64,000 nucleotides of DNA, taken from positions 198,771 through 262,770 of the forward strand of contig CAZSDS010000001.1 of the NCBI GenBank assembly GCA_964605735.1, read 5' to 3'. The notes beneath the pieces were generated by a model. It was not told the DNA's origin, ran no database searches, and saw only the letters and a list, made by a program, of their open reading frames with translations. The position numbers and the translations under genes were made by a program. How positions within the stretch are numbered: the stretch's first letter is position 1; the number at the start of each line of letters is the position of its first letter. Positions 18,358 to 28,193 of this stretch are shown here, piece after piece. This DNA comes from an uncultured Candidatus Saccharibacteria bacterium. GTDB lineage: Bacteria; Patescibacteriota; Doudnabacteria; UBA920; O2-02-FULL-48-8.

Positions 18358-19977
18358 TTACTTTGCTGAATTTTCCTGAATTTGCTTCAGCCTCCGCTGA
18401 GTGGCAATTTCAGAATCCAGCCGGACCAGTTCTGGGTCTTCGCGGGTCTCAACGAAGCTCATGCCGCTGAAAATGGTCGGATGAACCTCGAGCCCAAGCT
18501 GATACATCTGTTTGGCGAGCTTCCTGTATCCTGGATGACCGTCCAGCCCGGATCTGAGTTCGATGAGGTGGTACGCTTCCCTCGCATTGGTGATGAAGCT
18601 ATAACGCATCTGGTGTCCCATCAGGGTTGCATACTGGGCCTCTTCCGTGAATCCTGCTTCATACAAGTGTGCGTACAGTGCTTCCGAGATGCGGTAGCAA
18701 CGCCTGTAGTCTTCCTCAAACCCAGCGTCAATGATTGTCTGCGGAACGTGGTAGCCGTAATGCGGCGTAAGCTGCTGCCATTCCAAAGCATCCACCATGC
18801 GGTGCCGCTGGAGGTCACGGAACGTGCCATAATCTCCAACAAAACTCCACTCATAGTGCGCTTTTTCAAAGGCGCGCCCAGGCCGGTGCCTTCGGTTCCC
18901 TCTCTCTCCGATGTACGCCATCAGGATGCGGCGCTTTTCGTCATCAGACAGATCTGCAACTGCATCCCTGACCTGATAGTGCGAGGCATGTACGCCAGGG
19001 GCACCAAACAGAATCTTCTCCACGATACTCAGTTCGTTTCTTGGCCAGTAATCCAGCAGCTCAACGCGAGGATCGAACTTCGAACCCAGTTCCCATTCAT
19101 CATCTTTCATGAGCTGCAGGTTTTTTGCAATGCGGGTCGCCTCCCTTCTGGTGGCCTTGATGTGGTTGATGGTTGCAATCCCGCGGTGCGGCAGGTCAGT
19201 GCGCTCGAAAAACGGTGCAGCCACCATCCTGACGTGCTTGAGGATTTGCTCCCCGAGCTCGTTGAACTCCTGCAGGTTCCAGGCCATAAGGTTCATGATC
19301 ATGCGGTCAATAGCCTGCGCACTCCCAACCAAACCAATATTGGAAAGAGTTGCTGCAGGAAGCACAGAACGAACAGCATCGCACGCCTTGGAACGGGTAG
19401 AGTTGAGCCAGGCAGTGCGATTCTCGGGGCTGTCGAGCGGGATCGCCTTGCGGTAGTGTTCGGTCAGCTCTCTGACCATCTTGGAGTACGTGTCGAACAG
19501 CAGAGTCATCTGCTGATCGTAGTGAATACGGAGGTTCTCAGTCAGGTTCTTTGGCGTGTAGAATAGGTAGCGGCCATCCGCGTCCTTTTGGTCAAAGAAA
19601 ATGTATCGGGTCGACTGTTCAAGATACGCCTGGAGCCTTCCCCACTCCACTGCTTTTGTGGCGAGGTTTGAGATCCTCACCAACCCAATGTGGATGCAAA
19701 TAAGCTGTGCCACGGAATCATCACCAAAACCGGTAACGATCTTGCTGGCCATGTCTGAGGCCTTTGACGGGTCTTGGGCAAACTCATCAGCAATGATCGC
19801 CCTGATGTCGTATTGGCTGCGGGACAGCCGGGCCATGGCAGCCGCGGAAAGAATTGGGCTGCCGCCCTTAAAGGCGTAGACAGAACTGTCCACGTCAGTG
19901 ACGATTTCGGAAAGGTACTTTCTCCCTTCATCGGTGATGCGCGGAATCGGTCCACTTTTGTCCAAATACGGGTTCAT
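18358..19977 (-). CDS. thyX: Flavin-dependent thymidylate synthase-like protein, long form (Thy1/ThyX family), with atypical substrate-motif residues
   Basis: 539 aa. It contains RHR (LQRHRMVDALEWQQLTPHYGY) and the C-terminal ThyX block NAREAYHLIELRSGLDGHPGYRKLAKQMY, which aligns by eye (from memory) with T. maritima [25 protein letters not shown]. The canonical ...LSGRY residues read ...LTPHY here. The DNA is GC-rich. Confidence 0.7.
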   Translation of the reverse strand: MNPYLDKSGPIPRITDEGRKYLSEIVTDVDSSVYAFKGGSPILSAAAMARLSRSQYDIRAIIADEFAQDPSKASDMASKIVTGFGDDSVAQLICIHIGLVRISNLATKAVEWGRLQAYLEQSTRYIFFDQKDADGRYLFYTPKNLTENLRIHYDQQMTLLFDTYSKMVRELTEHYRKAIPLDSPENRTAWLNSTRSKACDAVRSVLPAATLSNIGLVGSAQAIDRMIMNLMAWNLQEFNELGEQILKHVRMVAAPFFERTDLPHRGIATINHIKATRREATRIAKNLQLMKDDEWELGSKFDPRVELLDYWPRNELSIVEKILFGAPGVHASHYQVRDAVADLSDDEKRRILMAYIGERGNRRHRPGRAFEKAHYEWSFVGDYGTFRDLQRHRMVDALEWQQLTPHYGYHVPQTIIDAGFEEDYRRCYRISEALYAHLYEAGFTEEAQYATLMGHQMRYSFITNAREAYHLIELRSGLDGHPGYRKLAKQMYQLGLEVHPTIFSGMSFVETREDPELVRLDSEIATQRRLKQIQENSAK

Positions 19978-20135
19978 AAGTCAAATCCTCCATTAAGCGT
20001 TGCCAAATGTGCTTGGCTTATTATATTTGTTGCGCCTTTACGTTGCAACTTACCTGAAAAAGTGATCTTGCCCAAAAGCCAGGGTTTTACTAAACTATCA
20101 GCAGTTCTTAAGCACAAATCACAACCGGAGGATGT

Positions 20136-21209
20136 ATGTGGCCTAGAGGCAACGTGCTCGTGGATTCCGATATCCGCAAGCTTATGAGCGGACCACGTCC
20201 GAGTATCGCAACAAAAGGGACTGAGATCCCTCCAAGCTCACTGGACATGGCGGTCGGCGAGCGCGTCTGGCAAGTCTCCGGTCTGCCCACAGTGGCTGGC
20301 GGGTTTGATTTCAAGACGTTTATCGACGAATACGCCATAAACGAAATTCCGCACACTAAGCGCCCTTGGGCGTTCACACCAGGCAGCATCTACTTTGCAG
20401 AACTCGAGCCGAAATTCCGCCTGCCTGAATGCGTCGGTGGCGTTACCAACGCCAAAAGTTCTGCAGGGAGAATTGACCTGTATTGCCCCACAGTAGCGAA
20501 CGGGTGCGACCAATACAACGTGGTCCCCGCGGGTTACAAAGGTAAGCTGTACATGTTAATGGTCCCGCAAAGCTTTTCTTTCCGAGGGGTGCGGGCTCAC
20601 GAATTTGTCCAGATTCGATTGAACGAGGGCGAGCGGCAGTATCTTCAGGGATTCGAACTTCAAATGCTGCACGACCAGTACAAGCTGGTTTTAAACCGCA
20701 AACCGGTCCTCACGCAATCAGGGCTAATGCTGCATTTGGATCTGCGAAACAACCTGGTCGCAACCAAAAACGGCAAACCAATCGACCTCAACAGGCGGGA
20801 TATAAACCCGAGGTACTACTTTAGACGCAAGTTGAAGGACGCACAAGGAAGGCTTTTCCTTGAGCCCGGGGAGTTTTTGCTCGCCAACACAATGGAATAC
20901 CTGCGCATCCCTGACAAGGTGTGCGCAGAGATGGAGGCTCATGACGAAAAACAAGGCGAGATGCGCACGCATTATGCCGGGTTTTTCGATCCTAACTTTG
21001 AAGGCAACATTGTTTGTGAAATCAGGAATATTGGCACTGCGCCGATTATCCTGTCTCACGGACAGCCGATTGCCTTGGTTAGATACGAAGCTCTCCGTTC
21101 AAGACCAGTGGCGCTCTACGGCCAAAAGAAATCAGGTGCCAAGGTGTCAAATTACCAAGGCCAGCGGGGAATCCGCCTGGCGAAGTATTTTGCCCCCTGG
21201 GCTGCCTGA
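20136..21209 (+). CDS. dcd: dCTP deaminase-like protein, long (~360 aa) form (dUTPase-superfamily fold)
   Basis: 357 aa. A dUTPase/Dcd-like motif HYAGFFDPNFEGNIVCEIRNIG is present. The SD GGAGG lies 5 nt upstream. The DNA is GC-rich. Confidence 0.6.
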   Translation: MWPRGNVLVDSDIRKLMSGPRPSIATKGTEIPPSSLDMAVGERVWQVSGLPTVAGGFDFKTFIDEYAINEIPHTKRPWAFTPGSIYFAELEPKFRLPECVGGVTNAKSSAGRIDLYCPTVANGCDQYNVVPAGYKGKLYMLMVPQSFSFRGVRAHEFVQIRLNEGERQYLQGFELQMLHDQYKLVLNRKPVLTQSGLMLHLDLRNNLVATKNGKPIDLNRRDINPRYYFRRKLKDAQGRLFLEPGEFLLANTMEYLRIPDKVCAEMEAHDEKQGEMRTHYAGFFDPNFEGNIVCEIRNIGTAPIILSHGQPIALVRYEALRSRPVALYGQKKSGAKVSNYQGQRGIRLAKYFAPWAA

Positions 21210-21216
21210 AACGACA

Positions 21217-21254
21217 CTGCTCTGTCAGAAATGACAGAGCAGATTTTTATTATT
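21217..21254 (+). terminator. Intrinsic terminator after dcd
   Basis: Sequence CTGCTCTGTCAgaaaTGACAGAGCAGatttttattattt. Confidence 0.6.
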
Positions 21255-21269
21255 TAAGACTTCGTGGTT

Positions 21270-22442
21270 TTAGGTATTTACTAAGCTTTCAATAAATTTT
21301 ATCAATTTAGCGACTTCTGCTTCTCTGTTTGATTTTCCAAGGGTGACCCTGACAGTTGCCGACGGATCCTTATACCCTTTATTAAGCGCTAATATCACGT
21401 GAGAGGGGTCTGCTGAGCCGCTCACGCAAGCTGAGCCAGTAGACACGGCAAATCCAGCCAGATCGAATTTGGCAATAGCTGTTTCCTGATCCGTCCCCTT
21501 GACAGTGAAGTTAATGATATCCGGCGCCCGGTCCTCACCCAGCGGCCCATTTATTTCCACATTTTTCAATTTCTTCAATGCGCTGATCAGCTCGTTGCTA
21601 AGCTTCCTAATTTTTTCCCCGTCTTTTTGCCTTCGTTCAAAATCTCCCAACAGTTTTATGCTTTGGGCAAAACCAATAATGCCACTTGAATTCTGTGTTC
21701 CTGCTCTAAGCCCATATTCCTGAGATCCGCCGTTGATTAGGCCATCAATTTTCGTTCTATTTTTTATATACAACGCACCAATTCCTTTAGGTCCATTAAT
21801 CTTGTGGGCGGATAAGGTCATCAAGTCCACACCCAATTTTTCTACATGGCAGTTGTAATATTTTAACGCCTGGACAGCGTCTGTATGGAAATATATCGGG
21901 TGCCTCTGCCTAAGGTTAATGTCAGCAATTGCCCGTCCTATCTGCCGAATAGGCAAAACAGATCCAATTTCATTTGAAACAAAAATCACGGAAACCAAAA
22001 CAGTAGTATCTTTTATTGCCGCCACCACATCATCAGCAGAAACCATTCCGTTCTTGTCCGGCTTAACAAAAGTCGCATCAATTATCCCCTGCTCCTGCAT
22101 TTTCTTGATCACGTTATAAACCGACTGGTGCTCAAGTTCAGTGGTCACCACGTGCGGTTTTTCGTTCCACTGGCTTAAAGCTGATGAAACAATGCCTTTG
22201 ATAGCCATATTATTTGCTTCAGTGGCGCCGGAAGTAAAAACAATTTCCTGCGGTTTGGCTGAAATAGCTTGGGCGATTTCCGCCCTTGCAAAATCAATTT
22301 TTGCACGAGCCTGCTGACCTTCGTAATGAACCGAGTTTGGATTGCCAAAAAATTCCTGGTCAAAATCAAACATAGCCTTCTGGACTTTTTTGTCCAAAGG
22401 CGTCGTAGCGGCGTGGTCAAAGTAAATTCTGGTTTTTTTCAT
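21270..22442 (-). CDS. Cysteine desulfurase (class V aminotransferase, NifS/IscS-like)
   Basis: 390 aa with the PLP-lysine motif SAHKINGPKGIGALYIK, and an active-site Cys in the GSACVSGS region near the C-terminus. Confidence 0.85.
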   Translation of the reverse strand: MKKTRIYFDHAATTPLDKKVQKAMFDFDQEFFGNPNSVHYEGQQARAKIDFARAEIAQAISAKPQEIVFTSGATEANNMAIKGIVSSALSQWNEKPHVVTTELEHQSVYNVIKKMQEQGIIDATFVKPDKNGMVSADDVVAAIKDTTVLVSVIFVSNEIGSVLPIRQIGRAIADINLRQRHPIYFHTDAVQALKYYNCHVEKLGVDLMTLSAHKINGPKGIGALYIKNRTKIDGLINGGSQEYGLRAGTQNSSGIIGFAQSIKLLGDFERRQKDGEKIRKLSNELISALKKLKNVEINGPLGEDRAPDIINFTVKGTDQETAIAKFDLAGFAVSTGSACVSGSADPSHVILALNKGYKDPSATVRVTLGKSNREAEVAKLIKFIESLVNT

Positions 22443-22448
22443 TAAGCT

Positions 22449-22784
22449 TTATCTGTCGAATCGGTTAAAAATTATTTTCAAAATTGAAACAACAATACTG
22501 AAGAGCAGTGCATTCCAAAAACCGTTTATTTCAAACCCCGGGACAATCCCCGCGACCAGCATTATCATCAGGGCGTTGACCACAAAAGTAAACAAGCCCA
22601 AAGTTAGAATATTGATTGGCAGGGTTAGAATGATCACAATCGGTTTAATGAGCGTATTTACGATGCCCAAAATCACCGCCGCAAGTACGGCGATAAGCAA
22701 ATTGGACATTGAAGCACCGGGTACAACGTAGGTGGCAATAATCAAAGCCAGGCTGGTAAAAATAATGTTAAGAAGTAGGTTCAT
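22449..22784 (-). CDS. Small 4-TM membrane protein (phage-holin-4/DUF360-like)
   Basis: 111 aa, almost entirely hydrophobic helices. Confidence 0.45.
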   Translation of the reverse strand: MNLLLNIIFTSLALIIATYVVPGASMSNLLIAVLAAVILGIVNTLIKPIVIILTLPINILTLGLFTFVVNALMIMLVAGIVPGFEINGFWNALLFSIVVSILKIIFNRFDR

Positions 22785-22786
22785 TG

Positions 22787-23218
22787 TTAAAATATATTGC
22801 TAAAGTCTTTTGAATTCTCTTCCAAGCTTTCTTTCAGGTCAGATACTTTGGACTCAGGTTCTTGTGGAGGCGGCGGAGTGGCTACCCTTTTGAATTCTGG
22901 CTTCTTGAATTCATATGTCTGGGTAGGTTTTGGGGATTTCTCCACTTGCACTTTTGGTTTCATTTTCTGGTCAATAACGCCGAGCAAGCCCTTTTGCAGT
23001 TTATCCGCATGGTAAGAATTGAATCGGTCCTTGTAGTTGTCTCGCAGGGATTTTGCGATTTTCTTGATGTGGTCTTTGCTTATACCATCGCTCCTGTGTT
23101 TTTCAAATGCTTTTTTTAGCTCTTTTCTGTCAGTGGAAGAAAATTTTAAATCTTTGAGGTGGTTGTCCAGCTCATGGAACTGGATGCGGTTTGCTGGATC
23201 TGCAAAAAAGAATCCCAT
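22787..23218 (-). CDS. Hypothetical protein (K/E-rich, Pro-rich C-terminus)
   Basis: The ATG at 23218 (MGFFFADPANRIQFHELD) was chosen. The longer ORF-track start overlaps the next gene. Confidence 0.35.
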   Translation of the reverse strand: MGFFFADPANRIQFHELDNHLKDLKFSSTDRKELKKAFEKHRSDGISKDHIKKIAKSLRDNYKDRFNSYHADKLQKGLLGVIDQKMKPKVQVEKSPKPTQTYEFKKPEFKRVATPPPPQEPESKVSDLKESLEENSKDFSNIF

Positions 23219-23234
23219 ATTTTTGTTTTCCTGT

Positions 23235-23633
23235 TTAATTTTTCGATTTTCTAAAACCTGCGGCAATAGCTTCAGCTTCTGTGGAAAAGCATTGCTCTGC
23301 CATAGTTCTATTATAGAACGAACCGCCTGGCATATGGTAGACCTTGTTGCTTCCGCTGATATTGCCTTTAATTTGCCCGGGGAAACAATCGTTTTTGCCT
23401 GTTTGCGTGGCTGGCGCCGGGCCATTACTATTGTTATCGGTTCCTAATTGATTTGCCTGCGTTTCTGCGGTATTATTTAAGGGCGCAAACGCTTCTTCCA
23501 CCCTGATTTCCGGAGGCATGTGAGTGGAAGCTGAAATCCGGCCTAAACTGAAAGCAATCCCTGCCATCAGAACATAGCCGACCGTCAGAGTCAGTAATTG
23601 TTGCCGATTTTTTACAAATTCCTTCAAATTCAT
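23235..23633 (-). CDS. Small signal-anchored secreted protein with conserved C-terminal YHxPGGxFYNRT...CFSTEAEAIAAGFR module
   Basis: 132 aa with an N-terminal TM/signal segment. The C-terminal Cys-containing motif resembles a module seen at the C-termini of small secreted proteins (recalled from memory, not verified). Confidence 0.4.
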   Translation of the reverse strand: MNLKEFVKNRQQLLTLTVGYVLMAGIAFSLGRISASTHMPPEIRVEEAFAPLNNTAETQANQLGTDNNSNGPAPATQTGKNDCFPGQIKGNISGSNKVYHMPGGSFYNRTMAEQCFSTEAEAIAAGFRKSKN

Positions 23634-23640
23634 ATTTTTT

Positions 23641-24978
23641 ATGCAGTACGCGTTTATTTTAGGGAGGGTCTATACTTTATCTTTGTCCGAATTGCTTGAG
23701 GTGCTAAAAAACCTCGGCGTTGTTTACAAGATCATCGTTTCTTCAAACGAGGTGATTGTTATCGAAACGGAAACAGCGCTTAACTGCGAAAAACTGCAAC
23801 TCAGACTTGGCGGAGTGATTAAGATTATCAAAATTTTTGATACTTTCCAGAAAAAAGGAAGGGAATACCCGTCCCAGGTACTGGAGAATTATTTTACCTT
23901 CAAAAGAATAAAAAGCCAATACTTCACTGAATATAGCGGGAAAAAACAATTTGGTGTTTCAGTGTACTCGCTTGATCCTGCTGTCCGATTCCGCGAAGAA
24001 AATCAGCGCCTGGCATTTATGGTCAAGAAGATTCTGCAGGAAGAATCCCAAAGCGTGCGCGCTGTTTTACCGCAATACCCTGCCCAGACTCTCTCCTCAG
24101 TGCTGGTTGGAGAAAACCAGCTTCTGCAAAAAGGCGCTGAAATTGTGGTTGTCTCAGGCACGCAAAAACTTTTTGTGGGAAAGACAGTTACGGTTCAGAA
24201 CTACGAGGACTATGGACGTCGGGATTATCAGCGCCCGGCTCGCGATGAACGCGTTGGCATGATCCCGCCAAAAGTCGCGCAAAGCATGATAAACCTGGCA
24301 GGGCCGCTAAAACCCCTTGATTACGTCCTTGACCCTTTCTGCGGGTCTGGGACAGTGCTGCAGGAAGCAATTTTTATGGGGTATAGGGCTGTTGGCGCTG
24401 ACCTGGACCAAAAAGCTATTGAAAATAGTGAGAAAAACCTGGAGTGGTTCAGGAACAGGTACCATGTGGCGCCAAACCGCTATAAGCTGTTCAAATCCCA
24501 TGCCGCTGAAATTTCAATCCAACTGCCAAGCTATAAAATTGCGGCTATCGTCAGTGAAGGCACGCTAGGCCCAATTTACGGTAGCCTCCCTAAGAAGGCA
24601 GAAATGGCAGCAAATTTTAAGAATTTGGCAAAGCTTTATGAGCAGGTTTTCAGCGAGTTCAATAAGTTTTTGGAAGATGGCGCCCGGGTGGTCATGTGTT
24701 TCCCTGCTTATAAGACGGGCCAATACGCCTATGAATTCATGCCTAGCCTTGACTTTGCGGCTAAAAATGGGTATACTGTTCAAGCGCCAATTCCTCAGGA
24801 TTTAAAGGCGAAATACAAGTTTTTAAGGGTGACTGAACGCGATTCGGTGGTCTATGATCGAAAAGACCAGGTAGTGGCCCGAGAAATCATAATTTTTGTA
24901 AAAAACGGTTCTAAATTTATTGAAGCGGAAGCGCAAGTCGAAGCCCCGCCAGCAGAACCAGAAGTACAGGAAAATTAA
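23641..24978 (+). CDS. THUMP-like N-terminal domain + class I SAM-dependent methyltransferase (putative RNA methyltransferase)
   Basis: 445 aa. SAM motif I is VLDPFCGSGTVLQEA, and the N-terminal roughly 200 aa look like a THUMP/ferredoxin-like RNA-binding module. Confidence 0.55.
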   Translation: MQYAFILGRVYTLSLSELLEVLKNLGVVYKIIVSSNEVIVIETETALNCEKLQLRLGGVIKIIKIFDTFQKKGREYPSQVLENYFTFKRIKSQYFTEYSGKKQFGVSVYSLDPAVRFREENQRLAFMVKKILQEESQSVRAVLPQYPAQTLSSVLVGENQLLQKGAEIVVVSGTQKLFVGKTVTVQNYEDYGRRDYQRPARDERVGMIPPKVAQSMINLAGPLKPLDYVLDPFCGSGTVLQEAIFMGYRAVGADLDQKAIENSEKNLEWFRNRYHVAPNRYKLFKSHAAEISIQLPSYKIAAIVSEGTLGPIYGSLPKKAEMAANFKNLAKLYEQVFSEFNKFLEDGARVVMCFPAYKTGQYAYEFMPSLDFAAKNGYTVQAPIPQDLKAKYKFLRVTERDSVVYDRKDQVVAREIIIFVKNGSKFIEAEAQVEAPPAEPEVQEN

Positions 24979-25044
24979 TTTGAAGAAACGTAATAGCAGG
25001 CTTTAACTAGCCGAAGACGTTGATTCAAGGTAGTAAGGCATAAA

Positions 25045-25332
25045 ATGGCACATAAGAAAGCCGGTGGATCCACAGCCTTAGGCCGAGATTCACAAGCAAA
25101 GCGCCTTGGCGTCAAATTATTCGGCGGCCAAGCTGCTAAAACCGGAAACATCATAGTCAGACAGCGTGGTACCAAGTGGCATCCTGGCAAAAACGTCCGT
25201 ATCGGCGGAGATGACACGATTTACGCGGTTGCTGATGGTGTTGTAAAATTCACCAGCAAAAAAGTCCGGGGCTTTGACGGACAGCTGCACTTGAGAAAAT
25301 TCGTTCACGTTTTGCCTCAAGAGGCTAAATAA
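25045..25332 (+). CDS. rpmA: 50S ribosomal protein L27
   Basis: [24 protein letters not shown]..., 95 aa. Confidence 0.9.
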   Translation: MAHKKAGGSTALGRDSQAKRLGVKLFGGQAAKTGNIIVRQRGTKWHPGKNVRIGGDDTIYAVADGVVKFTSKKVRGFDGQLHLRKFVHVLPQEAK

Positions 25333-25408
25333 TAAAAACTCCTGCAAAGGGGTTTTTATTTTGACTTCTTGCGATAATTTCGTTAAGGTCAGGGTGTAAG
25401 GAGGAGAG

Positions 25409-25792
25409 ATGTATGCGTTAAGACCTCCCAGCTTCCCGGAAGGTTTTGATATCAAACATCCGTATTGGGGTTGGGTCGAAGTAAGCGAATCCGCCTGGTT
25501 CCGCTTCAAGCGAGAGTTTGATCCGGCTTCAGCGATGACGCAAAGTGATCTTGAAGAGGCGCTCGAGTTGTGCTTCTGGAGATCTGTTCCGCAGGTGTAT
25601 GAGATCACCATTACCGGAGGCTTGCGGCTTTTTGTTCCCCGGTATGCTGAAATTATTTATCTCCTTGATGAGGAGACCATGATGCGGTTCATGATCAGGC
25701 AGAGTGACCTCGTTCTCGTCTCGTCCAAAAAGATGATTGACCCGCTCGTTCCAAATCCTCAACCAGAGGAAAACAAAGTGAGCGCCGCATGA
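25409..25792 (+). CDS. Hypothetical protein (GC-rich ORFan)
   Basis: 127 aa. A strong SD (AAGGAGGAG) lies 5 nt upstream, and the gene has its own terminator. Composition differs from the neighbours. Confidence 0.45.
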   Translation: MYALRPPSFPEGFDIKHPYWGWVEVSESAWFRFKREFDPASAMTQSDLEEALELCFWRSVPQVYEITITGGLRLFVPRYAEIIYLLDEETMMRFMIRQSDLVLVSSKKMIDPLVPNPQPEENKVSAA

Positions 25793-25810
25793 ATGCAGCG
25801 CTCTTTTTTA
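25780..25810 (+). terminator. Intrinsic terminator
   Basis: Sequence GAGCGCcgcatgaatgcaGCGCTCttttttattt. Confidence 0.55.
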
Positions 25811-27655
25811 TTTGCCTGATTGTTTTGTCTCTAAAGCCACTACTTTTTTCTTTGCTTGTGATGTTCTTGTGGTCTTAGCCAGCTTTTCAGAGTGTCTAGT
25901 TTTTCGTTCTTTGATCTTTCGTTCCTTTTCAGCTTGTATTCTGGAAGCGACCACAGTCCTTATCAGTTCCCTGAACAGCGGTCCAGGGGTAAGTGGTCTG
26001 GATTTAAACTCCGGATGGAACTGCACTCCCACGAAGAATGGGTGATTCTCTAGCTCCACAATTTCCACCAGTTGTTTGTCCGGAGTGGTCCCGGTCACCA
26101 CCAAACCTTTGGCTTCCAGCTGTTTGCGATATTTGTTGTTGAATTCGTAGCGGTGGCGGTGGCGTTCAAAGATTTTCTTCTCGCCATAAGCCTGGAAAGC
26201 CTTACTTCCTTCTTTCAGCACGCATGGCCAGGCGCCCAGACGCATTGTTCCACCATACTCTTTTTTGAGCATTTTCTTTTCCTGGTCAGACATTATGTGG
26301 ATGACAGGATTAGGAGTTTTAGGGTCGAATTCCGTGCTGTGAGCATCCTTCAGCTTGGCGACGTTGCGTGCAAACTCAATGGTCGCGATTTGCAGGCCCA
26401 GACAAAGGCCCAGATAAGGCACCTTGTGCTCCCGGCAATATTTCGCGGCAAGGATTTTTCCTTCAATTCCCCGCTTGCCAAATCCTCCCGGAACTACAAT
26501 ACAATCCATTCCTTTCAGCAAATCTGTGCCCTTTTTAGCGACCTGCTCCGCGTCTATCCAGTGGATTTTAACGTGAGCGTCATTTGCCCCAGCCCCGGCT
26601 TTAATGGCTTCAATCACGGACAAATAGGTGTCCTTCATGTTCATATACTTGCCGACCAGCCCCAGGTTTATCTGGTGTTTCTTTGGTTTGCGAACGCGCT
26701 TAAGCAGGCTAACCCAGGATGTGTCTTTTCTGCCGCTTGGTTTAAGGCCGAATTTGTTTATGATCAGCGAATCCAGCTTATACTTTTCCAGGATCATTGG
26801 TACTTCGTAAACCGTGTCCACGGTTTCAAGAGGGATCACAGCTTTTGGTTCCAAACCCACGAACAAGGCAATTTTGTTTATTATTCCATTGCGGATTGGA
26901 TAATCAGAACGGCAGATTACTACGTCAGGCTGGATTCCCATAGCCTGCAGGTCGTGGACTGAGTTTTGCAAAGGCTTGGTTTTCAACTCTTCGCTTACAG
27001 CCAGGTAAGGCACAAAGCCCACATGCACGTAGATCACGTTTTCTCTGCCAACGTCATAAATCATCTGGCGGATGGCTTCAATGAAATGGGTGCCTTCGTA
27101 ATCACCCACAGTCCCCCCGATTTCAGTGATCAATACATCTGCTTTTGATTGTTTTGCTGCAAATTTAATTCGGTCCTTAACCTCATCCGTGACGTGCGGA
27201 ATCATCTGAATTGTTTTGCCCAGAAATTGCCCGGACCGTTCTTTTTCCAAAATGCTTTGGTAGATTTGTCCAGTCATGACAGAAGAAGCCTTGGACAGGC
27301 TTACGTCCACAAAACGCTCGTAATGACCCAAATCCAAATCAGTTTCTCCCCCATCGTCTGTAACAAACACTTCTCCGTGTTCAGCCGGATTCAATGTCCC
27401 TGCGTCAACGTTCAGGTATTGGTCAAATTTTTGCATAAACACAGAAAAACCGCGTGCCTTGAGAATGTTCCCAATAGACGCCGCAGTTATGCCTTTTCCG
27501 AGGCCAGAAAGGACTCCGCCGGTAACGAAGATGTACTTTGTATTCTGTTTTGCTGGCCTTGAAGCCGCTGACCTTGAAATCGTCCTGACTTTTTTTGCTG
27601 TCAGTTTTGCTGTTCTTGCTGTGTTTTTCTTTTTGACTGCTCTGTTTCGTTTCAT
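25808..27655 (-). CDS. pyrG: CTP synthase with Lys/Arg-rich N- and C-terminal extensions
   Basis: The synthase domain ([16 protein letters not shown]) and the glutaminase domain ([27 protein letters not shown]) are both present. At 615 aa it is longer than the usual ~545 aa, because of a ~38-aa basic N-terminal tail and a ~45-aa K-rich C-terminal tail. Confidence 0.85.
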   Translation of the reverse strand: MKRNRAVKKKNTARTAKLTAKKVRTISRSAASRPAKQNTKYIFVTGGVLSGLGKGITAASIGNILKARGFSVFMQKFDQYLNVDAGTLNPAEHGEVFVTDDGGETDLDLGHYERFVDVSLSKASSVMTGQIYQSILEKERSGQFLGKTIQMIPHVTDEVKDRIKFAAKQSKADVLITEIGGTVGDYEGTHFIEAIRQMIYDVGRENVIYVHVGFVPYLAVSEELKTKPLQNSVHDLQAMGIQPDVVICRSDYPIRNGIINKIALFVGLEPKAVIPLETVDTVYEVPMILEKYKLDSLIINKFGLKPSGRKDTSWVSLLKRVRKPKKHQINLGLVGKYMNMKDTYLSVIEAIKAGAGANDAHVKIHWIDAEQVAKKGTDLLKGMDCIVVPGGFGKRGIEGKILAAKYCREHKVPYLGLCLGLQIATIEFARNVAKLKDAHSTEFDPKTPNPVIHIMSDQEKKMLKKEYGGTMRLGAWPCVLKEGSKAFQAYGEKKIFERHRHRYEFNNKYRKQLEAKGLVVTGTTPDKQLVEIVELENHPFFVGVQFHPEFKSRPLTPGPLFRELIRTVVASRIQAEKERKIKERKTRHSEKLAKTTRTSQAKKKVVALETKQSGK

Positions 27656-28095
27656 AGTGCTTCAACATTTACCGTAACGGTGGCCTTGTGCTTGTCAGTA
27701 AGTTTTAGTTCTACTTTGTGGCTTCCCGTGGTTTTTATGGGGTTAAGAATTTTTATTTGCTTAGGCTGGAGATCCACTCCAAAGTGGGCTCGTATCTCAG
27801 TAATTATATCCTGTTCGTGAACTCCTGCAAAGAGCTTGGCCCCATCAGCCTTTTTCTTTAAGGTGATTTGTCTATTCTGGATCTTTTTTTGCAATTCTGC
27901 GAGTTTTTGTTCCTGCCTTGCCAGTTTTTCTGTATGTTCTTTCCTCTCCTTGTTGATTTTATTGACTTGCGACTGGCTGGCTGGAACTGCAGAGCCGTTT
28001 TTCATTAAAAAATTTCTGGCATAACCGTCAGAAACTTCTTTTATATCCCCTGCACGCCCCAAGCCTGAAACGTCCTTGGTAAGTATCACTTTCAT
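27652..28095 (-). CDS. rplI: 50S ribosomal protein L9
   Basis: [30 protein letters not shown]..., 147 aa. Confidence 0.85.
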   Translation of the reverse strand: MKVILTKDVSGLGRAGDIKEVSDGYARNFLMKNGSAVPASQSQVNKINKERKEHTEKLARQEQKLAELQKKIQNRQITLKKKADGAKLFAGVHEQDIITEIRAHFGVDLQPKQIKILNPIKTTGSHKVELKLTDKHKATVTVNVEAL

Positions 28096-28158
28096 GCAGG
28101 AATTATATAAAACTTGTGTGTGTGCAGCAAGTTTTTTAGTTTTATGTCGGTTCTCGCG

Positions 28159-28187
28159 TGGACATAGATTATTGCTCCGGTTATAAT
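28159..28187 (+). promoter_or_regulatory. Near-consensus sigma70 promoter (TGGACA-17-TATAAT)
   Basis: The -35 tggaca is at 28159-28164 and the -10 tataat at 28182-28187, with an exact 17-nt spacer. The predicted transcription start is about 28194. Confidence 0.5.
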
Positions 28188-28193
28188 GTGGCT

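Noticed and set aside
18382-19566. 394-aa plus-strand ORF antisense to thyX, and smaller ORFs at 18621-18869, 19109-19456, 19601-19879 and 19774-20187
   Set aside because: These are shadow ORFs of the kind expected on the opposite strand of a GC-rich gene. They have no SD or motif support, and thyX on the minus strand has clear family motifs.
26072-26962. 296-aa plus-strand ORF antisense to pyrG
   Set aside because: It is a shadow ORF inside a well-supported CTP synthase gene, with low-complexity, Phe/Leu-rich translation.
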